DNA of 64,000 bases from contig NC_043015.1 in NCBI RefSeq assembly GCF_006345805.1, positions 31,000,001 to 31,064,000 of the forward strand, in the 5' to 3' direction. This DNA comes from Octopus sinensis (Eukaryota). The position numbers were made by a program, and so were the translations under genes. Below are positions 27,101 through 38,795 of this stretch, one piece after another. A model generated the notes under the pieces. The model saw only the letters and a program-made list of their open reading frames with translations, searched no databases and had not been told where the DNA came from. Position 1 is the stretch's first letter, and every line of letters starts with the position of its first letter.

Positions 27101-27360
27101 TATTATGGCTGCCCCCTCGTTATCGAGTATGGCCATTGCACGAAGCTTAACTGTTACTGGTGCTGTGATTGAATGTGACTTTTTAACCCAGCCAAAGATC
27201 TACAATGTCTTGTACAGAATTGGCAACTAAGACCTTTATTGGTAATAGCCGGCTGTAGTTGTAACTGGGCTTCATGTACCTTTGCATGTCGTTTAAGTCC
27301 TCCTGCCGAATTACACTCTCTTCCACATGCCCGACAGATATGATTAGTATGGTGTGTAAC
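27101..27360 (-). mobile_element. RTE-type LINE 3' end encoding two C2H2-like fingers, (TATG)n tail
   Basis: CRACGRECNSAGGLKRHAKVH and CQFCTRHCRSLAGLKSHIQSQH, stop, short 3' UTR ggccatactcgataacgaggggg..., (TACA)n on both flanks. Confidence 0.7.
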
Positions 27361-30300
27361 ACACACACATACATACATACATACATACATACGGTATCAA
27401 CCAAGTAGGCACAAAAGGGGTAGAGATGCAGGAAAAGCAGTAAAATGTGACAGCTGATGCAGATTTTATGAAGTTAACACCGAAGATACCACCCACATCA
27501 TAAGCAGCTGTCCAAAAATGTCCTCACGGTATTATCTACCAATGAGACACACAAGTACAAGAGCCCCAAAGTACAAGAGCACCTCACCAAAACAAAATAA
27601 TGCAAACTAATTGACCGCACAACAGTTTTCCCAAAAGACAAATCCAAGGGGGAACAAACATTCAAAAGATGCCACCCAAGAGTAATGACGATTGATTCAT
27701 CATTTTATTCACAGGAATTCATAATAAAATAATAATAATAATAATGAAATTATTGTATACAGTACTCAAGTGCACCACAACTTGTCAAAAGTGCATGTAA
27801 AGCATATGCAGTAATGTACAAATGTCTGGAAAGCGAACAGTGTATGAGTCAGATACATGCTTGCTTGTGTGTATGGAGGGCAGAAAATCAGGTGTAGTGT
27901 TGGCGAATCTCAGGAAGCATGGAAGTTTTGAAGGATGCAGTGCTCCGACAACTAACAACCGACAATAGCGGTCTTGTGTGTTGACTACATTATTTGGTTC
28001 CACACAATTTCTGTCTGCTGAATTCACTTACAAGGCCTGGGCGTATGGCAGAAGACACCTGGCCAAGGTGCCACACAGTGGGATTGAACCTGACGCTATG
28101 TGGTTGCAAATCAATCTTCTCAACCTACACACACACACACACACACACAAGCCGTACTTGCAAATGTAAGCCATGCCCAAATGTCAGTGTGCAGGTTTCA
28201 TTTGCGTTGTATTTGATTTGCAAGTAAAGCCCAACGTATTGAGTGGGAAGTGCATTGTTTTAAAAATGTGTATTGTGTGTGTCATTGTGGTAATGAGGGA
28301 AATACCTGTCTGTATAATGTTATTTACAGGTGAGCTGAAATGTTAAGAAATATGCACAGACAGAATGATTGAATTAAAATTACTGTAGCATGTAAAGAAA
28401 TATGCTAGTTTTGTTGTAATTCTATATGTTATTATATATATGGAAGAGACAATAGCATCTGTAAAGACATAGGAAGTTTACATATCAAGGTAGACATAGG
28501 CACATTCCACAAGATACGAAACAGACTGTAAATATTGATTTATTCTCTTAAACCATTTGTTAATCTCGAATATTTCTATACATATCTGCCAAGACATACA
28601 TTTAGTATCTCTCCTATAATAAAAATAATAATAATGGTGCTTGTGGTTGTGGTGGTGGTAGTAATGCCAGTGTTGATCATGATGATGATGGTAATGGTAG
28701 TGGTAATGGTGGTGGTGGTGATGATGATGAGGATGATGATAATGATGTTGATGATGATGATGATATTTACTTTATAATGATTAAATTAAATGGCAAACTA
28801 TGTAGTACATTATTTACATGTAGTATAGTGCGTAGTAATGTTGTAAACACAAAGCTATAATGTGTGTGTGTGCGTACGTATGTCCTAGGTATAACTTTAA
28901 GCTGCATCCAGTAGTGGAGCCCTGATTTTCGGGTTTCTGGGCTTTGAGGAGTGCGGAACCATCTCTTAGTTAATATTGTTCTCAGGTCTAGTCTGACTTG
29001 GAGTAGAAGCTTCTACAGGTTAATTAGCAGGTGAATAAAAACTGATGAGAGTGTGGGATGCATCCTTCTCAGAGAGAGACACCCTGATGTAAAAACTGTG
29101 GTTTCACATGATTATTGGTCATCTTGCTTTGACCTGTGATTAGGCATAAATTCCAGAGACTCAGAGAGTCGCTATAATCTGATGTTGTACAGATGTCTTT
29201 TTATGGCGACCTCATTTTTCATCTGCCGTTCCATTCATTGAAAAGTCCTATGGCAATGGAAGAGTGGCAACATGGGCAGACAAAAACCACCTGGAAGTGA
29301 ACAGTTTACAGAGCAGCACCACTGAATTTGTCATCTGAGAATTTATGGATGGAAAGTCAGAAATGCTATTGATAATTAGGAAACACATAGAAACAAGCAA
29401 TCATTTGTGAAGATGGAGAAACCACCATGTATGCATGTATGTGTCTACACACACACATTTATGTAGGTAGACATATGTATAAGTATGTGTGTGTGAGTGT
29501 GTGTGTGTATATCATCATCATCATCATCATCGTCATCATTGTCATCATCATCATCATCATCACCTGCTTCACTCATAGTCATCATTATGTTGGATGTTCA
29601 AGAGTAGGAAGTAAGAAAAGTCTATGCACCAAATGGGAAAAAAAAAAAACCCCAACTTTCTTTATCAAAACCTTATAAATTACCCCAGATCAAGAGGCCT
29701 ATCCTATTGGGGAAGACATGGTCAGACACGGAATAAAGGCATTCTATTGTGGAAATAATCCAGCAACGACAGGCTACACAATGATAGGCTACTCAGCTTG
29801 TGTATATATATATATATATATATGTACAAATCTTTTATCTTTTATCTTGTAACTAAGTTGTTTGAATGGAAATGAGACATTTTCTCCTGAATCTGTGCAA
29901 TGGAGACTCTTGTGTGCTTATCATCTAATTGACCCAATTAGACGAATGATACTGCTAAATATGTGGCAATCCATCCAACCCATGCCACATGGAAAGCAAC
30001 TTAAAATGATGATGATGGTGATAGTGATGATGATAAATTTATAATGGTGATAAAAAATATGAAAAGCTGTACCAGCACTACTGATCATTTTCCTGAGGCC
30101 TATACATCATCATCATTATTATCATTATTTAGTGTCTGCTTTTCATACTGGTATGGGTTAGATAGTTTGACTGAAACGGTAAGCTGGAGAGCTGCACCAG
30201 ATTCCAATTTGATTTGGTATGGTTTCTACAGCTTGATGCCCTCCCTAATGTCAAAAATGCAAGACCACAAGGCGGTGAGCTAGCAGAAATATTAGCACGC

Positions 30301-30563
30301 CGGCTGAAATGTTTAGTGGTATTTCGTCAGCCATTACGTTCTGAGTTCAAATTCCACCGAGGTCGACTTTGCCTTTCATTCTTTCGGGGTCGATAAATTA
30401 AGTACCAGTTATGCACTGGGGTCGATCAAATCGACTTAATCCGTTTGTTTGTCCTTGTTTGTCCCCTCCATGTTTAGCCCCTTGTGGGTAGTAAAGAAAT
30501 AAAAATGCAAGACCATGGCAATCACCAACTCAGTCAGCAGATCCTGTTAAAGGCAATACTTAC

Positions 30564-30609
30564 CATGATTCGGGTATGTACCTGGCCAGTCTGTGGCAAT
30601 GATGGAAAC
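30564..30609 (-). CDS. SLC9A: NHE exon, 46 nt: (G)FHHCHRLARYIPES(C)
   Basis: ttgctctttgtttcag| ... |gtaagt; phase 1 to 2; matches NHE1 GFHVIPTISSIVPESC. Confidence 0.93.
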
Positions 30610-30649
30610 CTGAAACAAAGAGCAAAGATGTATATGTAACAAGTTAAAT

Positions 30650-30830
30650 ATGACCCAGGGCAGCACTACCTGCTCCAGGCACTTGGTGTAGGCCTCTATG
30701 TTAAGTCTGAGGCTGTGTGAAAAGATGAATGGAAGCATAACATCGCCATCACTAGTGATCACTCCAAACACCATGATGTTGACTGGATGTTTGATTTTTA
30801 TCACTCTCGGTACATGTCCTCGGATAGCTC
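30650..30830 (-). mobile_element. Tc1/mariner (maT/DD37D-like) transposase fragment
   Basis: VPRVIKIKHPVNIMVFGVITSDGDVMLPFIF..LRLNIEAYTKCLEQVVLPW. Confidence 0.75.
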
Positions 30831-30879
30831 TATCCTCAGATTGACATCCAAACAATCTGAAATGTTCATATTTGGAGCT

Positions 30880-31110
30880 TTCACACCACATCTGATTCCT
30901 CTTATGCCTAACTTTTTCTCCCAAGATGCTTACATTCTGTCGAACATGCACACTAACATTGCACTTCCAGCGAAGCATACTGGCTTCATTTCTTTCAAGC
31001 CTACACATGTCTTCAGCTATCAGAGTCCATGTTTCACTGCCATGTAGCATAGCTTTTTGCACACAGGCAACAAACAATCTGCCTTTCAGTCTGAGAGAGA
31101 GGCCCTTTGT
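30880..31110 (-). mobile_element. RTE LINE fragment
   Basis: KGLSLRLKGRLFVACV..AMLHGSETWT...RLERNEASMLRW.CNVSVH. Confidence 0.85.
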
Positions 31111-31143
<33 letters not shown>

Positions 31144-31284
31144 ACATGTATATCGTCAGTGGATCATATATCTGAAAAAGAAGTGTGCTCTAAAAGTTAG
31201 AGCAGTAATGTATTGACATGAAGTTAAATATATGTCTCTTGATCATTAGAATCACTGTATGATCAAACATATGTTAATGTCATG

Positions 31285-31408
<124 letters not shown>

Positions 31409-32014
31409 ACATCATCATCCTCATCCTCCTCATCCTCATCATCATCGTTTAATGTCCGTTTTCCATGCTGTCATGGGTTGGACGGTTTGACTGAGGTCTG
31501 GAGAGCCAGCGGCTGCACCAGGCTCCAATCTGATCTGGCACTGTTTCTACAGCTGGATGCCCATCCTAATGCCAACGACTCCGAGAGTGTAGTGGGTGCT
31601 TTTTATGTGCCACCAGCTCAGGAGCCAGTCAGGTACACCTGGCATCAATCCCATTCAGAGGGTGCTTTTTACATGCCAGCAGCACTCAGGCCAGTCAGTG
31701 GGTACTGGCATTGGCCACGTTTGTTTGGTGCTTTTTATGTGCTACCGGCACAAGAGCCAGTCAGTGGGTATTGGCCACAGCTACGATATTGGTTTTACTT
31801 GACTCAACAGGTCTTCTCAAGCATATCATATCGCACGATGCATCAGAATGTCTTCAGAATGAGTTTTGGTTGGGAGAAATTGTATGGAAGCCTGTTGGAG
31901 AAATTGCCCTTTTTTTTTGTTTGAGGGTGGTGGTACAGGGTTCAATTTAATTTGGTTGCTTAGACTAACGCACACTTTTAGCCCATGGGTTATTTTTAGT
32001 AGAATCTATTACAA

Positions 32015-32197
32015 ATACTCTGTTGTGTCTGGGGAGAGTCATTTTATTTTTGTGCCTTATAATGTAACACACTCACCGGTAAAATTTCCACTTATTTCTC
32101 AAATAAGAAATAAGAAATAAGTGGAAATTTTACCGGTGAGTGTGTTACATTATAAGGCACAAAAATAAAATGACTCTCCCCAGTCACAACAGAATAT
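32015..32197. repeat. Fold-back inverted repeat (85-bp arms, 13-nt spacer, 2 mismatches) in an NHE intron
   Basis: 32015-32099 pairs with 32113-32197. Confidence 0.95.
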
Positions 32198-32408
32198 GCT
32201 TCAACACACAAACTCATATAAAGAATTTTGCAAACCAAATCCAAAAACGAAACTATTACAAATATTTAGGCCAAGCCCTTGGCCTGAGGATAACTCCCTC
32301 CCTTCATTCAACCGGTCTCAGAGCTCTTGATGATGACTATGAATGTAAACCTTCATACTTAAGCTCTAAAAAAGAAAGAAAGAAAAAGTAAAAGACGAGT
32401 TTACCTAC

Positions 32409-32934
32409 CGACAGCCAGGAAGACAGCAGCTAAAGTTGTGCAAGCAATGTATAGAATGACCGAAGTATGGTGAATGTTAAACTGAACAAGGTGGATCTGA
32501 TGGCTAATGATGATACTTCTGACCGTTTTATTGAGGTTTTGTCCTGATGTGGTCATCTCGCTGTTGGAACTTCCATTTCCCAGCAAAGTCACTGGATCAG
32601 ATGTCTGCTGGAAAGGAGTCGTTTGGGAAACTGAATTATTGGAGCTCTGTGTTTGTGGTGGGACCTTGTTGTTTGTCTGTGAGGAAGCACTGAATACTTT
32701 GGTTGTAAAATTTCCAGGGTTCGTTTGCATAGCCGATATAAATTTGTTGGTAGTAAAATATTGCAAGTTTGGATTCACTTTGGCTGGTGAAGTATTTGAT
32801 ACGCTTGAATCAAGGATCGTTGACAAAAGTTTGTTGTTTCCATTCGGAGTCGCATTTGTTAAGGTTATATTTACAGATGTCGATATTTTAGCCAGGAAAA
32901 TCAGGCAGATTAACGCATGCCATGTAAAATACAT
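32409..32934 (-). CDS. SLC9A: Na+/H+ exchanger (SLC9A/NHE), first clear coding exon: signal peptide, S/T-rich ectodomain, first core TM helix
   Basis: ATG at 32934; MYFTWHALICLIFLAKISTS...IHLVQFNIHHTSVILYIACTTLAAVFLAV; phase-1 donor G|gtaggt at 32409; acceptor-like tttctacattag ends 9 nt upstream of the ATG (exon could start at 32943). Symbol is family-level only. Confidence 0.9.
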
Positions 32935-34260
32935 TGCAAATAACTAATGTAGAAAATAGGTTAAACCTTTAAAAAAAAAGAAAAGAAAAATAATGAGTAA
33001 AAATAGTTTATATAACAATTACAAAATAAAACAAAAAATTAATTAGAAAATAATCTTTAAAGATGAGAATCATTTTACTAGATACATCTACACTAGATTC
33101 CAATCAGTTTCACCTTCGACTGTCTGTAAGTATCTTATTCTTAAATGCCTACATAGAATCAGGCTACATTCGAACTTAGTTTAGAAGTAAAGATTCCTAG
33201 TTCAGATCCATTCTAGTATTTTGTTGGTATACAATCCCCACCACCACCAATTGATGATCGGAGACCAGACTGATAGAAACATAATGTAGACGTGATTATT
33301 GAAAATTTTTCTTATCTTTAAAGATGAGGTCAATGGTGCAAACAAGTTATAGCTTTGTTATTACTACTCATAGTTTAAAAACAACATATGATAGTTTTTG
33401 TTAGGCTATATGTAAAAATAACCATAAAGAAGAATGTATTGAAGTGTTAATTCTGTGTTAATCATCTGCAATGTAAGAGAGAGTATGATCTACCATTTGA
33501 ACCCAGGTTTTGTTTGCTGACTAATTGAAAGTCCTCATCTATAGTTTGTCTCTTATGAGTCATGGGCAATGCCCTACAATCTCCTAATTTGAATTCAGTC
33601 AGGTACCATGGACACATATCCAGAAATAAGATATTTTATGGTTAAAGATCAGATTGATCAAATCATAGCGGAGGTGTAAATACTGTAATACTAAACAAAA
33701 TCACTCAACCCTGTCAGAAAAAAATAAATCTTATTAACAACTCGGACATTTAGACAAGTAGAAAATGAAAATGAAAGTGCTCTTGTTGTGTGAAATAGAA
33801 ACCTCGATATTTGTGGAAAAGAAACAGAAGAAAGTTGTGACAATGAAGCATGTGCAAAGAGCACTAGTGATAATCAGGGTGAAAATTTTTAAGTGGGAAT
33901 TGAAATCTGGTTGTAAACTGAGTCTTTCAAGAACTTATGTTGATTAACAATATTGTGATTAGATAACTGATTAATAATTAATTGATCTAACAGATTGGTT
34001 GAGAATTAATTAGATATTAAATGGCCTAAAGCAATGGTTCTCAAACTGACAAATATCTTTCCCATCCAACTCATGCCAGCATGGAAAATGGACTTTAAAG
34101 GATGATGATGATGATGGTGATACAGGGTGGGCCAAAAGGCATGCACAAAATAAGTTCAATATGCTCTGAAATGGTCTAAAATATGCTCCAATTTTTCTAA
34201 AATTTAATAAAACAAATAAAATTAGAATGAATACTCATGTACTTGTACATGATGAACAAA

Positions 34261-34306
<46 letters not shown>

Positions 34307-34362
34307 CAACAACATAATATAAATAAAATGTCAAAAAACCAACAAATTAAAAGACCAGGAGG

Positions 34363-34662
34363 TGGCTTAACAACGGTGACCTAAAAAAGATTACTGAAAA
34401 CCTAATCGTTGCTGCCCAGGACCAGGCATTGAATACCAACTCAGCAAAAAAGAATATATATCACACAAGTGCAATGGGCCTCTGCCGAGTGTGTGGGAAG
34501 AGGGTCGAAAGCGTGGCTCACATTGGTAGTGTTTAAGAAAGTCTTGCGCAGAAAGAGTACAAACGTAGACACGACAAGGTAGTCCAAAATCTCCACTGGC
34601 TACTGTGCTGCAAGTATGGATATGAGGTTATGGGTGCTTGGCACCAACATACACCAGAAAAG
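34363..34662 (+). mobile_element. R4/Dong-clade fragment, zinc-knuckle region (pseudogenised)
   Basis: AAQDQALNT...CRVCGKRVESVAHIGSV*...YKRRHDKV..LHWLLC..HTPEK; near the (AAT)n run at 34262-34300. Confidence 0.85.
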
Positions 34663-34832
34663 TGCAGGCTTAGCTGGATGGGGGTGCTTGTCTGCCCCTT
34701 GTAAACATAAGGACACAGGAAATGTGTCAAGGCCGAAAGGAAGCGTTGATGCTTCCTGGGGCTAAATAGCGGTGGTGTGATTCCCTTCATGGGACTGTCA
34801 CGTTAGGGTGACAGTATATAATATTTAATAGT

Positions 34833-35255
34833 AAGGCGTCGAGCTGGCAAAAACGTTAGCACGCCGGGCGAAATGCTTAGCGGTATTTCGTCTGCCGTTA
34901 CGTTGTGAGTTCAAATTCCGCCAATATCGACTTTGCCTTTCATCCTTTCGGGGTCGATAAATTAAGTACCAGTTACGCACTGGGGTCGATATAATCGACT
35001 TAATACCTATGTCTGTCCTTGTTTGTCCCCTCTATGTTTAGCCCCTTGTGGGTAATAAAGAAATAGGTATTTTGTCTGCTGTTATGTTGTGAGTTCAAAT
35101 TCCGCCGAGGTCGACTTTGCCTGTCATCCTTTCGGGGTCGATAAATTAAGTACCAGTTACGCACTGGGGTCGATGTAATCGACTTAATACCTATGTCTGT
35201 CCTTGTTTGTCCCCTCTGTGTTTGGCCCCTTGTGGGTAGTTAAGAAATAAGTATA
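34833..35255 (+). mobile_element. SINE family C, head-plus-duplicated-body dimer; monomers at ~22938-23080, 30270-30500, 37437-37650(+), 57255-57415(-)
   Basis: ggcgtcgagctggc..gttagcacgccgggcg head; central gtcgactttgcctttcatcctttcggggtcgataaattaagtacc resembles the Meta/MESC SINE domain (from memory, unverified). Confidence 0.8.
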
Positions 35256-36649
35256 TAATATTTAATTAGTTTAAATGTACATTAATGCATAAAAATAATT
35301 TTTCATTCCATTAGACATTCTAAAATACTATTAACTTTCATTCAATTTTAAAAAAGGTAAAATCGGACAGAACTTATGGGATGACCTGATAGTTACTAGT
35401 AAGTTACTATAAATATTATGAGCCTTCTTTCTTTTCTTTTTTTCCTTGTTTCTTTTCTTAACTAGATTTCTCTTTAAGTATGGAAATGGTTAATGTATTT
35501 TATATGTCATTTTAATAGCTAAAGTAGTTATTTTATCTTTAGGTCAGTTGTTCAAAGTTATGTTTTGGTCAGTGTGTAAGTGACCTATCTCTTAAGTTTG
35601 AACTTATAGGTCTATTGTTAATTGGAGATTAATTCTGTTTTGTTTTCTTTCTCCTTCTCTCTTCTCCTAAGACATTTTTTGTTCATATACCTACACAGAA
35701 CTGACTTAGGTTTAAAAGTCAGCAATAACCAAGGATATTGTTCGAGATATATAATGACTGAGAAAACGACAGGATAGTCATGGCTGGAGAACTTTTGATC
35801 ATATATCTATTCGATCAGGGTTGACTTGGATCTAAACATCAACAGCGACAACCAGCTTGTGATTTTTTTTGACACAGTATTGATATTTTTCATCACTTTG
35901 CACTGTTATAACAGAAGGTGATCGTTTATATGTCAATAGAATAGAGGACTGAAGGCAGCAAGCTGGCAGAATCAGGCAAAATGCTTAGCAGCATTTTGTC
36001 TGTCTTTGCATTCTGAGTTCAAATTCTACCAAGGTCGACTTTGCCTTTTATCCTTTCAGAGTCAATAAAATAGGTTCCAGTTGATCACAGGGGTTGATCA
36101 TCATCATCATCATCATCATTCAGCGTCCGCTTTCCATGCTAGCATGGGTTGGATGGTTCAACTGGGGTCAGTGAAGCCAGAAGGCTGCATCAGGCCCAGT
36201 CTTGATCTGGTAGTATTTCTACAGCTGGATGCCCTTCCTAACACCAACCACTCCGTGGGTGTAGTGGGTGCTTTTTACATGCCACCAGCACAGGTGCCAG
36301 ACGGAGCTGGCAAACGGCCACGGACGGATAGTGCTTTTTACGTGCCATCCTCACTCTCTAAATTGCTGGCCTTGTGCCAAAATTTGAAACCAGTAAAATA
36401 GAGGACCAATCACAAAAAGTTCAGGTACAATCGTTTCTTCAGTAATTTTTTCTAAGTCAGAGGAAGAATGAATGAATGAATGAAAGATAGACTGAAAGAA
36501 AGAAAGAAAAAGCAGATGCTTGTAATAATTGCAAAGTTTATTTTTGCATTCTGTGGAATCTCATAAATGCTTGTCAAAGAGAAGAAATAACTTTTTAAAG
36601 TACAAGATACGAGCCACTTGGCCTACATCAAGTCTTGCCTCACACTTAC

Positions 36650-36686
36650 TTCGTGTCTAGTCATTGTAGTCAATATGAAGTAACTT
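36650..36686 (-). CDS. Candidate upstream NHE exon, 37 nt (SYFILTTMTRHE)
   Basis: catttgtaaacag| ... GAA|gtaagt. Splicing to the acceptor at 32943 gives in-frame MTRHE-LFA-MYFTW. The acceptor is only moderate. Confidence 0.45.
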
Positions 36687-38604
36687 CTGTTTACAAATGT
36701 GACCACAAGTTGGCAAACAGGAACTAATTTCAAATTCAGCTCACATTTTATTTTACCATGAAACATTTGTCCTGAGTCATGCTAAATATACACACTTAGT
36801 TCAGAGGGGGAAATAAAAAGAATCCCATCCCCAAAAAAACCTTATGTTCTATGACATAAAAAAATACATCCTAGAAGTTCTCTACATTTCTTTATTACCC
36901 ACCAGGGGCGCACATCCTAGAAGTTCTCTAATTACATCAAATAATATTGCTTCCTTTTATTTGTTCTACCCCACCTTTTGCTGTTTTTTGTATTTCATCC
37001 ATGCATTGTCCCCCAACACCTTGGACCACTTTTACTAATAAAAGAATTTGCAATTATTAGCATGTTGGATAAAATGCTTACTAGCATATCTTCCAGCTCT
37101 TTACATTCTGAGTTCAAATTCCACTGAGACTGACTTTGCCTTTTGTCTTTTTTTTTTAGGGTCTATAAGATAAGAACTAGTTGAGCATTAGGGTCATGTA
37201 ATTAGATAATACCCCCTACACAAAAATTTCAAGACCTTGTGCCTATAGTAGAAATAATTATTGTTGTTGTTATTGTTATTATTAAGGTGGTGGATTGACA
37301 GAATTATTAGAGTGCCTAACAAAATATCTTGTGGCATTTCTTCTGATTATGTACATAAAGGGTTTAAATCCAGTTGGGGTTGATAGAATAAAGTGCTAAT
37401 CAAGTACTGGGGTTGATGATATTGACTAAACTGACTAAGGTGGCGAGCTGGCAGAAATGTTAGCACGCCGGGCGAAATGCGCTGCCGTATTTCGTCTGCC
37501 ACTACATTCTGAGTTCAAGTTCCGCTGAGGTCAACTTTGCCTTTCATCCTTTTGGGGTCGATAAATTAAGTATTCGACTTAATCTCTTTGTCTGTCCTTG
37601 TTTGTCCCCTCTGTGTTTAGCTCCTTGTGGGTAGTAAAGAAATAGGTATTGACTAAATCCCTTGCATCAAAATTGCTGGCTTAGCGCCTAAATAAGAAAC
37701 CATTATTATTATCATTATTATTATTATTTTGTTGATGGGAGAATAAATTATAATTTATGTCTTTATCTGTTGTCATCTGCACACCTGTTCTCATCGGCAC
37801 ACCTGTTCTCATCCAATCACTACCAAAATGAACCAATGTAAAGACTAGCAACTACTTAAAAGGGAAAGGGTGGGGAGAGGTCAATACTTAAATCAGAAGG
37901 TGGGGGTGGTAGTGTTGAAACAAGCTGATGTCCACTATTATTCAGGCTGTTTGTACATAACTTGATAATCTCTGATTATCTGTAGATGTTGACTCGATAC
38001 ATACATGTTATGTGTATATATTGCCTTCTGTAGACTATATGGCTGAGTACATCTTATAAATGTCAGCTGTCATCTCAGGTCCAGCTTGTACAAATTGACT
38101 AGAGGAAACGACTTTATGTTGAGTGGAGCCAGTGAAAGAGCCTCTATCTGGTCACTCGATTTGCTAGGAATAGCAGCTAGATTTCCTTCTAATCTTATCC
38201 CAAATGAAGACATAATATATGATGTTGCCTACGTGCCACTTAAAACACAGACTAATACAGCTTGAACACCTATAATGAAAGGCTTGCTCAATCAAACTTA
38301 ACTGGAGACTTAACAACAACAAGGGATCTTTTTGGTTTGAATGGCAGTTTTTTGCAGCGGTGTCATATGAAATTGTCACCCATAATTATGGCCCTAGTAT
38401 CAATCTATTGCATTTCAATCTATTTTAGGATTAGGGTTAGGGGTGAGGGGAATGGTATCTTTTTTTCTTCACACGATCGTATGGTGCTTTTTACATGCCA
38501 CTGGCACAGGGGCCAAGCGAGGCTGGCAACGGCCACGATCGGATGGTACTCCAATTCCATGCCTTTTTCCAGTAAATATTAATAGGTATTACAGAAATGT
38601 ACTT

Positions 38605-38795
38605 GCATAGCAAGTGACCTGATCTGAGATTCGTGTGCTGGAACAAAAACAATTGCAGCGTGGAAGGTGTTTATAAGCCATTTAAGAAACACACAAAATC
38701 CGTTAGATTCACTTCAACATTTAAATTTAATTTGTCAAAATATTTTCATCGCTTTGAGACCGCAACCTGTTCACTGACAAAATTCCGTGCTGCAT
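38605..38795 (-). mobile_element. Penelope-like remnant (family of 45250-45510)
   Basis: Shared acttgcatagcaagtgacctgatctgagatt...gccatttaagaaacacac...; carries the GUGAACA motif. Confidence 0.55.
38731..38781 (-). ncRNA. Minimal hammerhead-like motif, C3G/G8C core (second copy)
   Basis: UUUGUCA-GUGAACA-G-GUUGC...GCGAU-GAA-AAUAUU-U-UGACAAA; perfect palindromic stem III. Confidence 0.65.

Noticed and set aside
32113-32150. GGAAA followed by palindromic ACCGGU as a hammerhead 3' half
   Set aside because: The best register puts G at the cleavage position and no core is found upstream.
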